Positions 37,414 through 46,680 of a stretch of DNA of 64,000 nt are shown in pieces (the stretch's first letter is position 1; every line of letters begins with the position of its first letter). The DNA comes from a virus (taxonomy: Duplodnaviria > Heunggongvirae > Uroviricota > Caudoviricetes). The position numbers and the translations under genes were made by a program. The notes beneath the pieces were generated by a model, which did no database searches, was not told the DNA's origin, and worked only from the letters and a program-made list of their open reading frames with translations. The stretch is from positions 1-64,000 of IMG/VR virus record IMGVR_UViG_3300037258_000549, one strand, 5' to 3'.

Positions 37414-37707
37414 ATGACTGTGCCGGATAACCGGGTACTGATGACCGGCGGCGGGACTGATTACCGTCCCGCGGGGGGCTGCCCGGTGGCCGGCGAGAAG
37501 TACGGGAATGGTGAGTTCATGGCGCACCAGGGAGACCCGGATTCTTTCCTGGTGGCTGAGGCGCGGGTGAAAGACGGCAGCGCAAGCGTGCGCGTCGCGG
37601 TGTGGGCCTGTGTTTTCTGCCAGGCAGAGCTGATCGGCCTCGGTAAGCCGGAAGAGCTACTGGATGCGCAGGATTTCAGCTGGTTCGAGCGGAGCAGGGG
37701 AGGCTAG
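37414..37707 (+). CDS. Small Cys-containing hypothetical protein
   Basis: RBS AAAGGGG. ATG 37414 or GTG 37420. Confidence 0.35.
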   Translation: MTVPDNRVLMTGGGTDYRPAGGCPVAGEKYGNGEFMAHQGDPDSFLVAEARVKDGSASVRVAVWACVFCQAELIGLGKPEELLDAQDFSWFERSRGG

Positions 37708-37762
37708 TCGGCATGAGTTCGCCGCTGGTGAGCATCATCTGCTCTTGAACGGGTGCTATTAA

Positions 37763-38392
37763 GTGTGCATAGTTGAAGGGTGCAACAAGCCGGTGCGATG
37801 CCGTAACCTGTGCTCGAAGCATTATAGGCGCTGGTTGCGGTACGGTGACCCACTAGGAGGTAAACCGTCTCCGGTACCGAGTCCGCTTGACGGATTGTGC
37901 ACGATTGACGACTGTAATATTTTGCATTATGCTCATGGCTGGTGTGAGATGCATTACGCGCGCTGGAGAAGGTCTGGCGATCCGTTGGTTGCGAGAAAGC
38001 GCCGTAAGGCACCGGTTGATGGTTATTGTACAGTATTTGAATGCAAGGAACAGCACCTAGCACGCGGTTTGTGTAATATGCACTATCAGCGATGGAGGGC
38101 GCATGGAGATCCGCTAATCTTTCTGGTTACGCCTTCTGGTCCGGGGGATCACCAATGGAAAGGCATGGATGCGGGTTACCTTCCGAAACACCGTCGAGTC
38201 GAGACAGCGCGTGGTAAAGCCAAGTTTGGGTCCTGTATTTGGGAAGATCTAACTGATAATTGCAAAGGTATCATGGATTGGGCTAATATGACGGGAAACT
38301 ACGACAGCGTCTGGGACTTTGAGCCTATGTGCCGAAAACATCATAATCGGTACGATGGGGCTAGGCGGAGATGTAATGTTGCCGTTGTGTAG
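37763..38392 (+). CDS. HNH endonuclease with three N-terminal CxxC...HYxRWxRxGDP zinc-binding repeats; AT-richer than its neighbours
   Basis: Three tandem repeats of C..C......C..HY.RW.R.GDP. C-terminal CRKHHNRYDG (HNH). Codons are visibly AT-richer than the flanking genes. Confidence 0.55.
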   Translation: MCIVEGCNKPVRCRNLCSKHYRRWLRYGDPLGGKPSPVPSPLDGLCTIDDCNILHYAHGWCEMHYARWRRSGDPLVARKRRKAPVDGYCTVFECKEQHLARGLCNMHYQRWRAHGDPLIFLVTPSGPGDHQWKGMDAGYLPKHRRVETARGKAKFGSCIWEDLTDNCKGIMDWANMTGNYDSVWDFEPMCRKHHNRYDGARRRCNVAVV

Positions 38393-39005
38393 TATCATAA
38401 CACCTACGTGGAAGAGAAATTCGCTTCTTCTGAACAGGTGCATCCCTAGCGTTGATGCGCAAGTATACCCGAACGTCGAGCACCTGATTATTTCGGATGG
38501 CCCTGATCCGGAGCTGGCAGAAAAGATGTTCCCGCTGCAGCGGGCGGGCCAGCGCAGCCGGTGGTTCCTTCAGCTAGCTGAGCACGACCCGGCGCCGCAC
38601 TGGGGGCACCTGGCCCGGTCGCACGGAATTGAGCTGGCAGCCGGGGAGCTGATCGGTTACGTCGATGACGATGACGCGCTGCGCCCGCAGCACGTCGAGT
38701 TGCTGGCTGCCGCGCTGGCGGCGCACCCGGAAGCGGGCTGGGCCTGCTCCGTTATGGCTTCGCACCGGCCGCCGGACGGAACAGTGACGGAGATCGGCCA
38801 CGGGCCGCCGTCCGCGGGCAATATCGGTACCCCGGTAATCGTTCACCGCCGTGAGATCCTGGAGCACGGCACGTGGGGACCGCCGTCAGCCCTGGAAGAC
38901 TGGGAAATGGTTAACCGCTGGCTGCACGTGGGAATCCCGCACGTCAAGGTGGAAGAGGTTACTGTTGACGTGTGGCCGTCGATTTATTACGGTCCTGGTC
39001 ACTAA
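38376..39005 (+). CDS. Family 2 glycosyltransferase
   Basis: RBS AGGCGGAG then ATG. CSIITPTWKRN...EHLIISDGPD and YVDDDD. Confidence 0.65.
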   Translation: MLPLCSIITPTWKRNSLLLNRCIPSVDAQVYPNVEHLIISDGPDPELAEKMFPLQRAGQRSRWFLQLAEHDPAPHWGHLARSHGIELAAGELIGYVDDDDALRPQHVELLAAALAAHPEAGWACSVMASHRPPDGTVTEIGHGPPSAGNIGTPVIVHRREILEHGTWGPPSALEDWEMVNRWLHVGIPHVKVEEVTVDVWPSIYYGPGH

Positions 39006-39020
39006 GCGGAGAGAGTCGTT

Positions 39021-39185
39021 ATGCTCGCGGTCATCGCTGGAGTCGTCTTTATTATCACTGCTGTCCTCGGCTGGACGGACAAGTCCATCTCGGTGCCGCA
39101 CTTGCTAGCCCTCGGCTTCATCGGCCTGGCCTTCCTGGCCGGCCACCTGGTCTTCCGGCTCTGGGGACCTAACGGGTACTGGTAG
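39021..39185 (+). CDS. Small two-TM membrane protein (54 aa)
   Basis: RBS GCGGAGAGAG then ATG. Not in the ORF track. Confidence 0.35.
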   Translation: MLAVIAGVVFIITAVLGWTDKSISVPHLLALGFIGLAFLAGHLVFRLWGPNGYW

Positions 39186-39280
39186 AAAAGGAGCGAGATC
39201 GTGCCGAATCTGCTGTACATCCTGCTGGGCGTGCTGGTAATCAATACCAGAATACGCGCCCTTCTTTCCGCTAAGGCGGC

Positions 39281-39523
39281 ATGATGATCGACCCGAGGGT
39301 GGTCGGCCTGGTGAAGTTCGTGGAGAGCCTGCAGCCGGGCGAGCGGGACAAGGGACTGTTCTGGGCCGCGTGCCGGGGATACGCTGATGACCTGGATACT
39401 GCTCCGCTGGTCACCGCCGCGGTCAAGACCGGCCTGCCCCGGGACAAGGCGCAGAGTACAGTGGAGTCAGCGGCTAAGCACATCGCTAAGGCGCGGGCGG
39501 AGCATCAAAAGGTGAGCGGATGA
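39281..39523 (+). CDS. Hypothetical protein
   Basis: ATG start. Confidence 0.4.
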   Translation: MMIDPRVVGLVKFVESLQPGERDKGLFWAACRGYADDLDTAPLVTAAVKTGLPRDKAQSTVESAAKHIAKARAEHQKVSG

Positions 39524-39778
39524 TGAGGCAGCCATGAAGGACCTGACCGAGGAACTGCGCCAGGACACCCAGCCGATCGCGTGGGGCTCGGGCCTGGTCG
39601 ACTACGAGCCGGCGCCGTACATCCCGCCGCTCGCCCGGGAAGAAAACAGCGGCGAGGTAGACGGGGCAGGTCGGCCGCTCGCTTACGGATGAGCTAGCCA
39701 GCGTTGCTATTATAAAACTCCAGCTCACCGCGGCCGTTAACCCACGGAGCCGGAGAGCCCGTATAGACGGGTACCCTC

Positions 39779-40813
39779 TTGGCAGCCTTGCGGATTCTCG
39801 CACTCCACGACGGTGGTTCGGGTTGCATGTATTACCGGGTAGAGCTTCCACTGCGGCAACTTGAAAAGCACGGCCATGAGGTAACCCTCCGGTCGGTTAA
39901 CGATGACGTCGGCGCTACGGTTACCGCGCGCGACATGGCCGGCTACGACGTCCTGCTCGGGCAGCGGCTTAACGTGCACCGCGGGATGGAGGCATGGCGC
40001 CGCGCCCGCGGGCCGTTCTCCCGGCTGGTTTACGATACCGACGACGACTGCTTCACCGTGAACCTGGAGAACTGGGCGGCCTACAAGCTCTATAGTCAGC
40101 CGGAAACCCAGGACGCGGTGACGCACATGGCGCAGGTTTCTGACCTGGTTACGGTGACTACCGAGCACCTGGCCGCGGTGATGCGCGAGCATACCGGCGC
40201 GGCGAACGTCACGGTGCTGCCTAATTGCATTCCGGCTTTCGTGCTGGACATGGCCCGCGAGCCGCGTGCCCGCCCGGCGATCGGCTACCAGGGCGGGGCT
40301 AGTCACGGGGCGGACGTCGGGGTGGTGGCCGCCGCGGTACGCCGGTTCCTGAAGCGCTTCCCCGGCTGGGACCTGCGGCTGGGCGGCACTGACTTCCGGC
40401 CGACGTTCCGGGCCGGCGACCGGGCACTGTTCAGCCCGTGGGTGCCGGTTTACGATGACCCGGCTGGTTACTACGCGACGCTTGATTTCGATATTGGGCT
40501 GGCCCCGCTGGCCGGGAAAGCCTTCGACGACTCGAAATCGGCGATTAAGGCGATCGAGTACGGGGCCAGGGGTATTCCGTGCATCGCCACCGATTGCGCG
40601 GTATACCGCGAATTTGTCCGGCACGGTGAGAATGGCTTCCTGGTTAAGGCCCCGCATGAATGGCTGAAATTTTTGTCGATCCTGGCCGGTGATGATACCT
40701 TGCGCGCTAAAATGGGCGATCAGGCCCGGGAAGACGCCCGGAGCTGGACTGTCGAAGGCAACTACGGGCGCTGGGAACAGGCGTACGAATGTTTGTTTAC
40801 CAGGCGGGACTAG
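39779..40813 (+). CDS. GT-B fold glycosyltransferase (GT1/GT4-like)
   Basis: C-terminal KSAIKAIEYGARGIPCIATDCAVYREFVRHGENGFLV (EX7E-like). TTG start (alternative Met at MYYRV). Confidence 0.6.
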   Translation: MAALRILALHDGGSGCMYYRVELPLRQLEKHGHEVTLRSVNDDVGATVTARDMAGYDVLLGQRLNVHRGMEAWRRARGPFSRLVYDTDDDCFTVNLENWAAYKLYSQPETQDAVTHMAQVSDLVTVTTEHLAAVMREHTGAANVTVLPNCIPAFVLDMAREPRARPAIGYQGGASHGADVGVVAAAVRRFLKRFPGWDLRLGGTDFRPTFRAGDRALFSPWVPVYDDPAGYYATLDFDIGLAPLAGKAFDDSKSAIKAIEYGARGIPCIATDCAVYREFVRHGENGFLVKAPHEWLKFLSILAGDDTLRAKMGDQAREDARSWTVEGNYGRWEQAYECLFTRRD

Positions 40814-41122
40814 CCCTTCCGGGTCTGATGCGGTAGTATCAGTGAACCTGTCCGCCCCGGTGAGTACGCACCCCCGCTCTAGTGTGCGCCCCGGCGGTAA
40901 CGGACCCCAGAGCCCCCGACCGCCGGGCGGGGCGGGCCGGGTTAACCGGCGGCAACAGGAAGGGCACTGGTGTCTGGTGGGATCTGCGGTTACACCTGGA
41001 GCCTGTGCGCTCAGCGTAGCGGTCGGGGGCACAGTAATCCGCACCTGTGCGGTGACACCAGCGGGAAGGCGCACGCGCACCGGTGCACCGCCTGTGAAGC
41101 ACCCGGATAAGCGAGGACAGTC
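40814..41122 (+). other. Structured ~310-bp non-coding region
   Basis: No credible ORF. Perfect hairpin CCGCAC-CT-GTGCGG. Palindrome GCACCGGTGC. Confidence 0.4.
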
Positions 41123-41308
41123 ATGGATGACGCTTACGTGATCGGGGAGGTCAGTGAGCCGCTGTTCCTCCTGATTAACAGCTGGCACGCGGAGCATCCT
41201 GGTGAGCCGCTGAGCCTGTCCGGAGCCAACATCGCCGAGCTAGCGGGCTGCGCCTGCCACGACGACGACGAGGAACGCCCGGTTACCACGGGGCGCCGCG
41301 GGCAGTAG
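41123..41308 (+). CDS. Small hypothetical protein
   Basis: ATG with a modest RBS. Confidence 0.4.
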   Translation: MDDAYVIGEVSEPLFLLINSWHAEHPGEPLSLSGANIAELAGCACHDDDEERPVTTGRRGQ

Positions 41309-41311
41309 CAT

Positions 41312-41578
41312 ATGGCCTGCATCAGCTGCGGCTCACCGCTGGCGGGCACGCACTACTCGTTCTGCATTACCAGGCAGGGAGGAACCGTGGGACCGTACGA
41401 GATCAGGCGCATCCCGGAGCAGGAGACCCGGGGCGGGAACCGGGTGGACTGGGCGCAAGCTAAGCCCGGTGAGCCGCTGCCCGAGCTGCCGCCGGAGGAC
41501 TACCCCGAACCCGACTCGGAGCAGTTGCCGCTCTGGGATGAAGCTGACGATGGTGATATGCCGGGCGATGAGGGATGA
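41312..41578 (+). CDS. Zn-ribbon small protein
   Basis: CISCGS...C motif. Acidic C-terminus. Confidence 0.4.
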   Translation: MACISCGSPLAGTHYSFCITRQGGTVGPYEIRRIPEQETRGGNRVDWAQAKPGEPLPELPPEDYPEPDSEQLPLWDEADDGDMPGDEG

Positions 41579-41856
41579 TCCCGCGCCGCTATGTGAGCAT
41601 CCCGCATGAGATCAGCGCGCTGTCCTGGCCGGAGGCATCCATTTCTGATCTGGAAGCCCTGATTGGCATGGAGAATGTGAACGCTATCGCGCCAGGGTGC
41701 GTTCAGGTTCGCAATGCGACTGGCGAGTGGTTCACCCTGGGTGACGGGTGGGTGGTTGGTATCAGTACGGACAGTGTCCGCGAAGTGCTTACGCCGAATT
41801 CACTGGCGGCGTTCTACCGGCTCGGTGAGAGTTCTCCCTATAGTGCATCATGCTAA
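41575..41856 (+). CDS. Hypothetical protein
   Basis: ATGA overlap start. Confidence 0.4.
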   Translation: MIPRRYVSIPHEISALSWPEASISDLEALIGMENVNAIAPGCVQVRNATGEWFTLGDGWVVGISTDSVREVLTPNSLAAFYRLGESSPYSASC

Positions 41857-41880
41857 TGAGTCAGGCCTCCTGGAGGGTCA

Positions 41881-42426
41881 GTGAGCAAGCGCACGCAGCA
41901 GATTCGCGACATGATCAGCACAACGATCAGTCTCGACAGGGAATGGCTGGGCCGGACGGGGGCCGGGCGCGACGAACCAGAACTTTACCTGCCCTGGATG
42001 CCGTTTTCCTGGCCCGACTTCATCGCACTGGTCGCTGAAGCGCTACCAGAGACAACAGGTGATAAATTCCTCGACATCGGAGCGGGCGTCGGCAGCAAGA
42101 TGATGCTCGCCGAGGAAATCTTCGGGCTGGATGTTCGCGGTATCGAGCGCGTTCCCGAGTACGTGAAAGAAGCGCGCCAGCGCGGGCTGATCGTTACCGA
42201 GGCGGACGCGCTCGGCTGGGATGGCTACTGCGACTACGACCTGATTTTCTTCAACCGGCCGTTTTTCAGTCAGCAGCGGCAAGCTGAGCTGGAGCAGCAG
42301 GTATGGGCAGACATGAAGCCTGGTGCGGTCGTCATCGGCGTTAACCTGCTCGCGCCGCCGCCCGCGACGTGGAACCTCCTCCTCGATGACGGTGAAGTCC
42401 GCCGCTGGGTCCTGCAAAAGAATTAA
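41881..42426 (+). CDS. SAM-dependent methyltransferase
   Basis: GTG start. Motif I FLDIGAGVGSKM. Confidence 0.55.
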   Translation: MSKRTQQIRDMISTTISLDREWLGRTGAGRDEPELYLPWMPFSWPDFIALVAEALPETTGDKFLDIGAGVGSKMMLAEEIFGLDVRGIERVPEYVKEARQRGLIVTEADALGWDGYCDYDLIFFNRPFFSQQRQAELEQQVWADMKPGAVVIGVNLLAPPPATWNLLLDDGEVRRWVLQKN

Positions 42427-42444
42427 GGAGAGTGCACAGTTCTC

Positions 42445-42654
42445 ATGACTGTTACTGTTCGCCCGGGTGACACGCTGATTATCGGGCGCGGCGAGCGTTT
42501 CCCGACGGAGGAAGCAGGTAACATCGCCCGGAAAAACATTGAGGAGCAGCTGCCGAGAGTCAAGATCGTACTCATTGGCGGTGTTAGCGACCTAGCTGTC
42601 TACCGGGATGCGGAAACGGCACATGATGATATTGCAGATTCAGCAGAGGAATGA
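42445..42654 (+). CDS. Small hypothetical protein
   Basis: RBS AAGGAGAG then ATG. Confidence 0.45.
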   Translation: MTVTVRPGDTLIIGRGERFPTEEAGNIARKNIEEQLPRVKIVLIGGVSDLAVYRDAETAHDDIADSAEE

Positions 42655-42685
42655 CTTCCTCGGACGCAGTGACCCCGGCAGGCAG

Positions 42686-42895
42686 ATGATTCCCGGAAGA
42701 GCCGAAACGGACCAGCAGAAGCAGGAGGTCCTCAAACACTTGCTGCACGCCTGGCGCCAGTTGCCCACCCTGCGACTCGGCCAGCTGGTCTGCGCCGCGA
42801 CGGGCGGCCGGGATATCTTTTATGACGAGGACGAGAAGCTGGCTGCTGACGTGGGGAGGTACGCGGATGGCTACCCCGCAAGTCCCGCTGATTGA
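42686..42895 (+). CDS. Small hypothetical protein
   Basis: In-frame ATG within the 42608 ORF. Confidence 0.35.
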   Translation: MIPGRAETDQQKQEVLKHLLHAWRQLPTLRLGQLVCAATGGRDIFYDEDEKLAADVGRYADGYPASPAD

Positions 42896-43154
42896 CATCG
42901 GCAACAGGCTGCTCGCGCCCGGCCCGGCGGAGTTGCATACCGGGTACCGAGATGACGCTGACGGCAGGAGAATGGACATTCTGACCATCCGTACTGCCAG
43001 TACGACGCTGACCTGTCAGTTGGGCGTTACCGGCCTGCGCGAGTGGGCGTCTTCGCTGAACAGCCTCGCCGACCAACTGTCCAACGGCATCGTAGTAGTC
43101 AGCGGGTCTGATGTCGCCGCGGTCAGCCAGTGGCCGCCGGTCAGCCGGGCCTGA
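42867..43154 (+). CDS. Hypothetical protein
   Basis: RBS GGGGAGG then ATG. Confidence 0.4.
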   Translation: MATPQVPLIDIGNRLLAPGPAELHTGYRDDADGRRMDILTIRTASTTLTCQLGVTGLREWASSLNSLADQLSNGIVVVSGSDVAAVSQWPPVSRA

Positions 43155-43167
43155 CAGGGGAAATTAG

Positions 43168-43362
43168 ATGACCGTTGATGACGAGGCTGAGGCAAGGCAG
43201 CAAGCGGCGGACGGCCTTATCCGGGACATTCTTGAGTCTGTTTGCCGGCGCGACGGACTGCCCCTTGAGAGCGCCGTTGTACCCGGTGAGGCTGCCAGGA
43301 ATTATGAACTTGCTGACCGCCTCGGTATCGGTCATGTTTTCGGCCTTCCGGGGCGGTCATGA
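43168..43362 (+). CDS. Small hypothetical protein
   Basis: RBS CAGGGGAAA then ATG. Confidence 0.4.
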   Translation: MTVDDEAEARQQAADGLIRDILESVCRRDGLPLESAVVPGEAARNYELADRLGIGHVFGLPGRS

Positions 43363-44133
43363 GCTTGACCAGGCAGAAGCTAGACCGGATGCATGACCCC
43401 CGGCTGCATGACAAGGCACGGGCCGCTGTTCTTTCACGCTCAGTGTCACCCGGACGCAGCCATGGAGGTTCAGTACGAGGCGGGGGAACTGACGGTGGCG
43501 TGCGCCCGGTGCAAGACAGTAGTAGCAGTTGTCGCGGTGCGGGCTTGAGTAACAGGGACGACATCGACGCCGGCCACCAGCGAGTGATGACGGAAAAGGA
43601 AATGACCGGCATGAACGAGGCGTTCCGGTGAAAGCCCAGATCTGGAAAGAAGACGGCTGGTGGGAATGGGCTGTCCTCGATGACCGGCCACCAGCGACAC
43701 GCTCCACCGGTACCCGGCTTACCTGGCGTGAAGCTATAGACAGTGCACTGGAGGAACTGGCTTGGCTGGCTGACCGATGACTGTCACCAGTCGGATCGTG
43801 TACGGGACGGGGTCCGGGCGGTGAGCCCGCAGCGGCCCGGTACCATCCCGACGGGCAGCTGCCTGCTGTTCTGGTCGCCCTGGTGGCGTAAAGTTACGTC
43901 CGTGATAAGGCGGAAAATCACGTGATGAGTGACGACATTGACGCCGAATGGCAGGACATCGACGAGGCGATCCGCCTGTCCTACCTGGTTACCTGGTCTG
44001 ACTGGATCAGGCAGGGTACCGCCGAGCGGTACTAGGCGTAGACTAACAGTAGCCGAGGTCTGTGGCTGCCGCATGCACGTGTGAGGTAGAGCCGGAAGCC
44101 GGGTAACCGCTCCCCGCTGGAGAGGCTCCCTCC

Positions 44134-44454
44134 GTGCGCGACATCCCGCTGCTCGGCCCGCTGTTTACGGATTACTACTGCCCTAATTGCGGGCTAGAAG
44201 AGCGCATCAAGGGATCGCTGCCGCCTGGCTCCTCCCGGTACCACACCTGCCCGCAGCTGCACATGCTGACCGCGCCGCTGGTCCGGGCCGACGTGTACGC
44301 CAAGGTAGCAGCGGAGGAGCGCGCCGACTACCTGGGCCAGGAGATTCAGGCCACCGGTGACGACGGCAGGCCGTACATGGCCGTGCGTACCACCCGCGAT
44401 GAGGGCGATGACCTGATGGTCAACGCTGGGCTCGCGCAGGGGCGGCTGAGCTAA
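44134..44454 (+). CDS. Zn-ribbon protein
   Basis: RBS GGAGAGG then GTG. CPNC...C. Confidence 0.45.
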   Translation: MRDIPLLGPLFTDYYCPNCGLEERIKGSLPPGSSRYHTCPQLHMLTAPLVRADVYAKVAAEERADYLGQEIQATGDDGRPYMAVRTTRDEGDDLMVNAGLAQGRLS

Positions 44455-44627
44455 TGGGCAACCGTCAGCAGTGCCAAGAACGCGTGCAGGTGCAGGAGCA
44501 ACGTGAGCAGCTGGCGACGGCCGTGGGGTTCACTACGGAACCGCTGGAACGCCAGGATGTGACCGTAACGGCCGGGATAGCAGCAGCATCTGGCTCAGTA
44601 AACACATCTAAGGACAGCGAGGACTGA
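44454..44627 (+). CDS. Small hypothetical protein (57 aa)
   Basis: TAATG overlap start. Not in the ORF track. Confidence 0.3.
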   Translation: MGNRQQCQERVQVQEQREQLATAVGFTTEPLERQDVTVTAGIAAASGSVNTSKDSED

Positions 44628-44630
44628 GCT

Positions 44631-45164
44631 ATGTCCTGGACGACTAATACTCCTAATAGCAGGATTTTTTCGCAGGCGATGCTTAACCCGATCGGTCGCG
44701 CGGTAAATGCAGGAACAGCGCCGACCTCGTTTGTCAGCCTTACCGCAACCAGTGAAGTATACGTCGCGCTGTACGGGAACTCCGGCACCCCGGATGCCAC
44801 GGCATTGGTAGGCCTGACCGGATATAACGCGTCTACCTCGGCCTGGGTGACAGCGAATGAGACGACTGGCACTAACTACTCAGCGGGCGGGCAGGCGCTG
44901 TCTACCCCGGGTGCGGTGACTTTCATTCAAGACAGCTCGGCCTTCTCAATTTGCTATCACGCTTCGCCCCTGGTCTGGTCGACGGCGTCCTTTACCGCGT
45001 ACGGTTGCCTGGTTTATGACAACGTGATCTCCGGTGGCACTGTGTCTAAGCAGGGCATGTGCTATAACTACTTCGGTGGATCGCAGACGGTAACTACCGG
45101 TACGTTCACGGTGAACTGGGCCACCGTAGGCGCGACGACTGCTGTCTTCAATATTGCCGTTTAG
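44631..45164 (+). CDS. Minor-tail-like protein A1, paralog of the 53501 gene
   Basis: RBS AAGGACAGCGAGG then ATG. Shared NE(T/V)TGTN(Y/W)S-GG and (Y/F)GC-(V/I)Y-N...TGTF-(V/I)-WNT-G(A/V) motifs. Confidence 0.55.
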   Translation: MSWTTNTPNSRIFSQAMLNPIGRAVNAGTAPTSFVSLTATSEVYVALYGNSGTPDATALVGLTGYNASTSAWVTANETTGTNYSAGGQALSTPGAVTFIQDSSAFSICYHASPLVWSTASFTAYGCLVYDNVISGGTVSKQGMCYNYFGGSQTVTTGTFTVNWATVGATTAVFNIAV

Positions 45165-45243
45165 AGGATTTAAATAAACGGGTGACATGCACCTGAAGTA
45201 ATAGGTACCATCCCGCCGATGACATAAACCGGGGAGGTAGCTG

Positions 45244-46104
45244 GTGCCCACGGTTTACGCGAACCAGCCGACTGGGACGGTCACGTCCGGCGGTACCACG
45301 ACGGGCAGTACGGCATTCACTGTCACCGCAACCAACGCGTTTCCGGTGGCGTCAGCGTCAGCAGAACCTCCGACGGTTTTCCACATCGCCGACCCGGCAC
45401 TGCCCACCGAGGTCATGACGGTGACTACCGCCCCGGGTGGCGCCGGCAGCGGCCAGTCGTGGACGGTGGCTCGTGGCGCGGAAGGCACCACAGCAGTGTC
45501 ACATGCGGCCAGCTGGACGTGCGTGCAAGTAGTATCCGCCGGGGACCTGACCGCGATGAAGCAGGCGACCGGGGCTATCACTGCAGGCGCGACTGTTTCT
45601 AATACGACGACTGAGACAGTGGTGTGCAGCTACCAGCCGGCGCCCGGGGAGATCGTTGCCGGGACGACGTTCGAACTGATCGCTACCGGGAGCATGCGGG
45701 CTAGTGTCACCGCGTCCCTGCTCACTTGGCGGCTGCGCTGGGGCGGTGTGTCCGGTACCGTACTCCTCGGCATGGCCAGCGGCGCCAGCGGCAGTGTCAG
45801 CGGCCTGTGGGTCTGTTCGGCGTTCAGTTCCGCCATGAGCGTCACGCAGGGCGTCCCATTCGACGTCAACGGCACGGTTACGTTCCTCAGCACCACCAGT
45901 GCCATTGCCAACCTGAACTTCTGGTTTTCCCAGGGCAGTGCCACCGGCTGCGGTACCGGGGTAGCGTCTAACGGCACGGCGATAACGGGGTTGACGGCAA
46001 ACAACGGCAGTTCTACTCCGCTCGTGCTTACCGCTCAGTGGGCTTCAGCAACGAGCATCGTCGGGCTGACCGCGCCGGCGCCGCTTGCCTACCGGGCGGC
46101 CTGA
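45244..46104 (+). CDS. Minor tail protein (Thr/Gly/Ala-rich)
   Basis: RBS GGGGAGG then GTG. MPTVYANQPTGTVTSGGTTTG-style N-terminus. Confidence 0.55.
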   Translation: MPTVYANQPTGTVTSGGTTTGSTAFTVTATNAFPVASASAEPPTVFHIADPALPTEVMTVTTAPGGAGSGQSWTVARGAEGTTAVSHAASWTCVQVVSAGDLTAMKQATGAITAGATVSNTTTETVVCSYQPAPGEIVAGTTFELIATGSMRASVTASLLTWRLRWGGVSGTVLLGMASGASGSVSGLWVCSAFSSAMSVTQGVPFDVNGTVTFLSTTSAIANLNFWFSQGSATGCGTGVASNGTAITGLTANNGSSTPLVLTAQWASATSIVGLTAPAPLAYRAA

Positions 46105-46676
46105 TGCGGGTTATGGTCAGTCATGCTGGCACCGTGCACGCGAACTGCGCTGCCGCGCTGCGCGCGCATGTCCCGGCGGCGGAGTACGTGCAGGTGGATA
46201 CCGATGACGACCAGTCCTACGCCCGGCTGATCGGGGAGCGCTGGACGGGGCGCGACGACCTGGTGCTTATCGAGCACGACAACGAGGTTACCGCTGAGGT
46301 GCTGCCGTCGTTTGCCGCCTGCCCGCAGCCGTGGTGCACCTATGAATATGAGATCTTCCCGCCGCCCTGGACCCGCTGGTGCGACACGGGGCTGGGCTGC
46401 GCCCGGTTCACCGCCGCGCTGCAGCGCGAGTTCGACTTCGCCGCCGAGATCCTGAAAGCTTGCGGAAGCTGCGGGGGCACGCATGTGCACTGGGGTACCG
46501 TTGACGTTCAACTGGCCGCCGGGCTGGCCAGTCGGCACCTGTCACCGCATGTGCACGGGCGCATCCGCCATTTTCACCCGTACCGGGCACTGGAACCGGA
46601 TGCGAACGGGGAGTTTCCGGCATTCGGTCCGCTCCTGGAAGAAGTTAACGGTGAGTTCCGCCGGGTAACAGGGTGA
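46104..46676 (+). CDS. Hypothetical Cys-rich protein
   Basis: TGATG overlap start. 190 aa. Confidence 0.45.
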   Translation: MRVMVSHAGTVHANCAAALRAHVPAAEYVQVDTDDDQSYARLIGERWTGRDDLVLIEHDNEVTAEVLPSFAACPQPWCTYEYEIFPPPWTRWCDTGLGCARFTAALQREFDFAAEILKACGSCGGTHVHWGTVDVQLAAGLASRHLSPHVHGRIRHFHPYRALEPDANGEFPAFGPLLEEVNGEFRRVTG

Positions 46677-46680
46677 GCCG

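Noticed and set aside
39737-41197. 486-aa - strand ORF
   Set aside because: It is antisense to the well-supported GT-B glycosyltransferase and runs through the non-coding structured region. The translation is low-complexity.
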